The position numbers were made by a program, and so were the translations under genes. From positions 417,849 to 481,848 of the forward strand of contig CAWVVV010000002.1 of NCBI GenBank assembly GCA_963933835.1: a stretch of 64,000 nt of DNA. The letters are read 5' to 3'. The notes below the pieces were generated by a model. The model saw nothing but the letters and a program-made list of their open reading frames with translations. It was not told the DNA's origin and did not search any database. Each line of letters opens with the position of its first letter. Within the stretch, counting starts at the first letter, position 1. Below are positions 60,562-64,000 of this stretch, piece after piece. The stretch is from an uncultured Puniceicoccaceae bacterium. Lineage in GTDB: Bacteria; Verrucomicrobiota; Verrucomicrobiia; Opitutales; Oceanipulchritudinaceae.

Positions 60562-61197
60562 CTAGGGCTGCAGTCTCTCCAAGGTCCAATGGTCATTGTC
60601 TCGCTGGTAGAGAAAGCGGTCGTGCAGGCGATTTTGACGCCCTTGCCAGAACTCGAAGCTCTCGGGTTCAACACGATAGCCGCCCCAGGAAGAGGGCATG
60701 GGAATTTCTCCATCACTGAACTTCTTTTTCATTTCCTCTAGTTTGGCTTCTAGTAGAGAGCGTGATTTTATCACACGGCTCTGGTCGCTTACCCATGCGC
60801 CGAGACGGCTCCCAAGTGGTCGCGTTGCAAAATAAGCGAGGGATTCTGCCGCCGAAATTTTAGAGGCCATTCCGTTTACGCTTACCTGCCGCTCCAGCGG
60901 CAGCCAATTAAGCAGTAGGGAAACGTTAGGATTGCTGGCGATTTGCTGGGCCTTCTGGCTTTCGTAGTTCGTAAAGAAAATCAGTCCTTTAGCGTCGAAT
61001 TTTTTGAGGAGAACAGTGCGCGTATAAGGCCGTCCGGTGGGATCAACGGTTGCGAGCGTCATTGCATTGGGTTCCAGAAGTTTGCAGCTTTGCGCTTCTT
61101 CCAGCCAAGCACGCAATTGCAGGCTTGGATCTTTGGTCATTGTAGCCCTGCTGAGCGCTGCTTTTTTGTAGTCCTCCCGTAGGGCAAAAAGATCCAT
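60562..61197 (-). CDS. pdxH: Pyridoxamine 5'-phosphate oxidase
   Basis: LREDY, EPNAMTLAT, RTVLLK, FFTNYES.K, EFWQGR.NRLHDR, LERLQP. Confidence 0.97.
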   Translation of the reverse strand: MDLFALREDYKKAALSRATMTKDPSLQLRAWLEEAQSCKLLEPNAMTLATVDPTGRPYTRTVLLKKFDAKGLIFFTNYESQKAQQIASNPNVSLLLNWLPLERQVSVNGMASKISAAESLAYFATRPLGSRLGAWVSDQSRVIKSRSLLEAKLEEMKKKFSDGEIPMPSSWGGYRVEPESFEFWQGRQNRLHDRFLYQRDNDHWTLERLQP

Positions 61198-61400
61198 ATT
61201 ATGAATAATGTAATAATTACTGGTGGAAACTAGGTTATTGTGGTTTAATTTTAGCAGAATTTAATGAGATGCATGGTTAATCATTTCAGTTATATAATAG
61301 AATAATCGTTATACCTTGTAATCACTATTACTAAACGAAGAGCAGCATTACCTCTAATGTTCCCCTTCATTTGATCTCATTTTCACCGATTTTCGAATAA
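61198..61400. promoter_or_regulatory. AT-rich divergent promoter region (pdxH / secreted protein)
   Basis: Visibly much lower GC than the flanks; contains TATAAT near 61293. Confidence 0.45.
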
Positions 61401-62561
61401 ATGACCTATCTAAATCGTCCAAAGAGCCTTCTGTCGGTCGCGGCAATTACCTGTCTCACCTTTTCATCATGGAGTGCTACAGGACAAGCGAATGCGACGA
61501 TTGATTCGTTTCTCTCAACTGACTTTTCGCCTGTTTCCACAGGTGATGTGATGTTCCGCTTTACAGAATTGTTTGGCTCTAGTGGAGCAAACAGTTCGAC
61601 CCACATCCTCATCGACGGACTCGTCGAGCTCGAAGATGGCTCTGGGATCCTCTCCAGTTCGTATGCTGGAATCGACATTGCGACGGGCACAGAGTATGAT
61701 GTTGGTCAGGTTCTTTTGACGCTTCCCTCCGGAGCGCAGACGACCGGTGCGACGAGCCCTATCGTAGGCATCGTTCCTCGCACAACCCCTTCGACAGGTT
61801 CGAGTGGATGGGAACAGTTTACTAATGCCGCGACGGTTTCAACCCTTGGCGGGTCGACGGGCACGGTCGATTTCGACTCCACCGCAGGGACACTTGCTTT
61901 CAGTCTTACACAAGGTGGATCGACCTATACCGGGAATGCAAATTACACCGCTGCTCCGGATGGATCATCTGTAAGCATCGAAGCGTTCTCCTTGAGCGAC
62001 GGCGGTAATACTTACAATTTTGAAGCGAGTGACTTGCTCGTTATCAATGGCGCTGCAGCGGGCGTGATCGTTTCCTCCGACACGAATCCGGGATACGATT
62101 CACTGCTCTTCAACATGAGTATCGACAGTGATTTGGTTGGAGGCGCTGCTACATGGTCAGGGTTCCCTATTGATGGAAACGGCTTTGTTGATACCGCCAC
62201 CGCTCCTTTTGCTTGGTTGGGCTTCATCAACGTCAACCTCGCTCCATGGTATTATAACTTTACCATGGATACCTTCATGTATATCCCGGCTGAACCGGCA
62301 GCTGGCTCGGGATTCTGGACATTCGTCCTCAAGAATGGCTCAACCGCGAATTCAGGGGCAGTCTGGGGTGGTTACGCTGATCCAGATATCGATAACTGGA
62401 TTGATCCGGGCAACTGGATCGGGTTCTTTAATATTTACTCCGCGCCATTCCTCTATGTTTACGGTAACGAAGCCCGTGGGGGTATCAACACCTTTATTTA
62501 TGCGCCTGAACCATCACCAGGTTTCACTGGAATGTGGGTCTTCGTTTTCCCCAATCTGTAA
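61401..62561 (+). CDS. Secreted S/T/G-rich surface protein with a duplicated Trp-rich C-terminal module
   Basis: Signal peptide; two ~60-aa repeats starting at 62154 and 62364: W.G(F/Y)....(F/W)(V/I)D...W(L/I)GF.N...AP..Y....TF.Y.P.......W.FV. Confidence 0.8.
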   Translation: MTYLNRPKSLLSVAAITCLTFSSWSATGQANATIDSFLSTDFSPVSTGDVMFRFTELFGSSGANSSTHILIDGLVELEDGSGILSSSYAGIDIATGTEYDVGQVLLTLPSGAQTTGATSPIVGIVPRTTPSTGSSGWEQFTNAATVSTLGGSTGTVDFDSTAGTLAFSLTQGGSTYTGNANYTAAPDGSSVSIEAFSLSDGGNTYNFEASDLLVINGAAAGVIVSSDTNPGYDSLLFNMSIDSDLVGGAATWSGFPIDGNGFVDTATAPFAWLGFINVNLAPWYYNFTMDTFMYIPAEPAAGSGFWTFVLKNGSTANSGAVWGGYADPDIDNWIDPGNWIGFFNIYSAPFLYVYGNEARGGINTFIYAPEPSPGFTGMWVFVFPNL

Positions 62562-62580
62562 TTAGGATCTGAGACTTTCC

Positions 62581-62617
62581 AAAAGCTCCGACTCGATAAC
62601 TGAGTCGGAGCTTTTTT
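62581..62617 (+). terminator. Rho-independent terminator
   Basis: AAAAGCTCCGACTC-gataact-GAGTCGGAGCTTTTTT. Confidence 0.88.
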
Positions 62618-62675
62618 GTGCCTCCACACGAACGCAGTTCGGAAGAAACAACTTGCTGACGTGTGCTCGCAGCAG

Positions 62676-63644
62676 ATGATGGGTGGCATTCCCGTGCCTA
62701 ATCTCGACGACTCAATCCCAACGCTGTCCCTCGCAGTTCCCTTCTACAATGAAGCCGGTGGAGTTTCTGGGTTTTTCGAACGGGTTGAACCTATCTTAGC
62801 TGATCTCGGAGTCACCTACGAGGTCGTCGCAGTCAACGATGGCAGCTCCGATTCAACTTTAGAGGAGCTGTTGGCCGAGAAGGAGCGTAACGACTCCATC
62901 AGGGTAGTGAACTTGACCAGGAACTTTGGCAAAGAAGCTGCCCTCACTGCTGCGCTCGATCACTGCATCGGGCAGGCAGTTATCCCAATTGACGGAGACT
63001 TGCAGGATCCGCCAGAGCTGATTGGTGATCTTCTAGCAAAGTGGCGCGAAGGCTATCCTGTGGTCATTGCGAAGCGTCGCCGGAGAGACGGGGAGGGATT
63101 CATTAAACGAACAACCGCGCATGGCTTCTACCGCTTCTTCAATAAGCTATCTGAAATTTCAATTCCGGAAGATGTCGGCGATTTTCGTTTAATGGACCGA
63201 AAGGTCATTGATGCTATGAAGCTCCTCGGCGAAGGTAATCGTTTCAACAAAGGGCTTTTTGCATGGGTCGGCTACCGAACAGCGACGATCGATTTTGATC
63301 GTGAAGGCCGAAGGGTCGGGCACTCGAAGTGGAACTATTGGAAACTATGGAACTTTGCCCTCGATGGTATCTTTTCGTTTTCCTCTGTCCCGCTGAGGAT
63401 CTGGACTTATCTGGGCGCCATGATTGCGACGGCGTCCTTCTCTTATGCCTTATTCATCCTTATCCGGACCCTCGTCTATGGCCGGGATGCAGAAGCGCCC
63501 GGTTATGCTTCCCTGATGGTCGTCATTCTCTTTTTAGGCGGGATCCAGCTGATCAGTCTCGGCGTTATGGGAGAGTATATTGGGAGGATATTTAGGGAGA
63601 CGAAAGGCCGCCCGCTATACATCGCAGTCGATCCGGAGGAGTAG
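62676..63644 (+). CDS. GT2 polyprenol-phosphate glycosyltransferase (GtrB-like)
   Basis: VPFYNE, VNDGSSD, LTRNFGKEAAL.A, DGDLQDPP, GDFRLMDR, two C-terminal TMs, GEYIGRI..E.K.RP.Y. Confidence 0.92.
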   Translation: MMGGIPVPNLDDSIPTLSLAVPFYNEAGGVSGFFERVEPILADLGVTYEVVAVNDGSSDSTLEELLAEKERNDSIRVVNLTRNFGKEAALTAALDHCIGQAVIPIDGDLQDPPELIGDLLAKWREGYPVVIAKRRRRDGEGFIKRTTAHGFYRFFNKLSEISIPEDVGDFRLMDRKVIDAMKLLGEGNRFNKGLFAWVGYRTATIDFDREGRRVGHSKWNYWKLWNFALDGIFSFSSVPLRIWTYLGAMIATASFSYALFILIRTLVYGRDAEAPGYASLMVVILFLGGIQLISLGVMGEYIGRIFRETKGRPLYIAVDPEE

Positions 63645-63746
63645 TGGTATTGAGGGACGGATTTACTCAGCGATCACCGTTTTCCCCGCTGCATACGCAA
63701 TTTCTGCGCTAGCGCATGTAGCTTCCAATAAGGTAATAGCTCTTGG

Positions 63747-64000
63747 CTAATCAGCCGTGTCTGTAGTCTGCTTTTTCCGCTTCCAAGCTGTCTTCATCGC
63801 TGCGAATGGAGTAAGGGAATTGAAAATATCGATCTCGTTTTGGAGACGTTCTCTACGTTCGTTCAATTCATTATATGCGTTCTCCAAAGAGGTCTTGGCA
63901 TCGGACATTTCATTATATGCGTTCTCCAAAGAGGTTTTGGCATCAGACATTTCCGTAAGCTCATTTTGCAAAGAGGTCTTGGCATCGGACATTTCCGTAA
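63747..64000 (-). CDS. C-terminus of a coiled-coil repeat protein (partial; start beyond the right edge)
   Basis: Frame open to the window edge; 14-aa repeats EMSDAKTSL(QNELT/ENAYN); basic amphipathic tail PFAAMKTAWKRKK. Confidence 0.75.
   Translation of the reverse strand, partial: TEMSDAKTSLQNELTEMSDAKTSLENAYNEMSDAKTSLENAYNELNERRERLQNEIDIFNSLTPFAAMKTAWKRKKQTTDTAD
63867..64000. repeat. 42-bp in-frame tandem repeat, at least 3 copies plus a partial one
   Basis: Units 63867-63908, 63909-63950 and 63951-63992 share CAAAGAGGTYTTGGCATCRGACAT. Confidence 0.93.

Overview
Bacterial chromosomal segment, most likely Verrucomicrobiota (class Opitutia). This is inferred from a PEP-CTERM protein, PVC-style C-terminal surface domains, dispersed biosynthetic genes and a nuoB-N operon lacking nuoA. 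Most of the window is housekeeping: waaA, M16 protease, trpA, K+ channel, rsfS, nadD, nuoB-N, folA/thyA, comEC, thiD, rarA, lpdA, ruvB, murA, ilvB, metY, dus, gcvH, folE2, tkt, hisI, tatD, pdxH and four tRNAs. Secreted/surface-protein genes lie at both ends. The most notable observation is a GxxExxY (PD-(D/E)XK-like) gene inserted between nuoF and nuoG and bracketed by inverted triplets of a 9-bp-period CACGAAG repeat, a candidate minimal mobile or looped-out element. Other highlights: a tRNA-Ser-linked ~140-bp element; a deletion scar fusing the start of an efflux outer-membrane lipoprotein to the end of an RND permease; several lesions confined to accessory genes; a pair of apparently paralogous secreted proteins with different Trp-rich C-terminal modules; and a stand-alone protein resembling the RNase E C-terminal scaffold. 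No CRISPR array, IS, integrase or prophage was seen. All calls come from reading motifs by eye; no searches were run.
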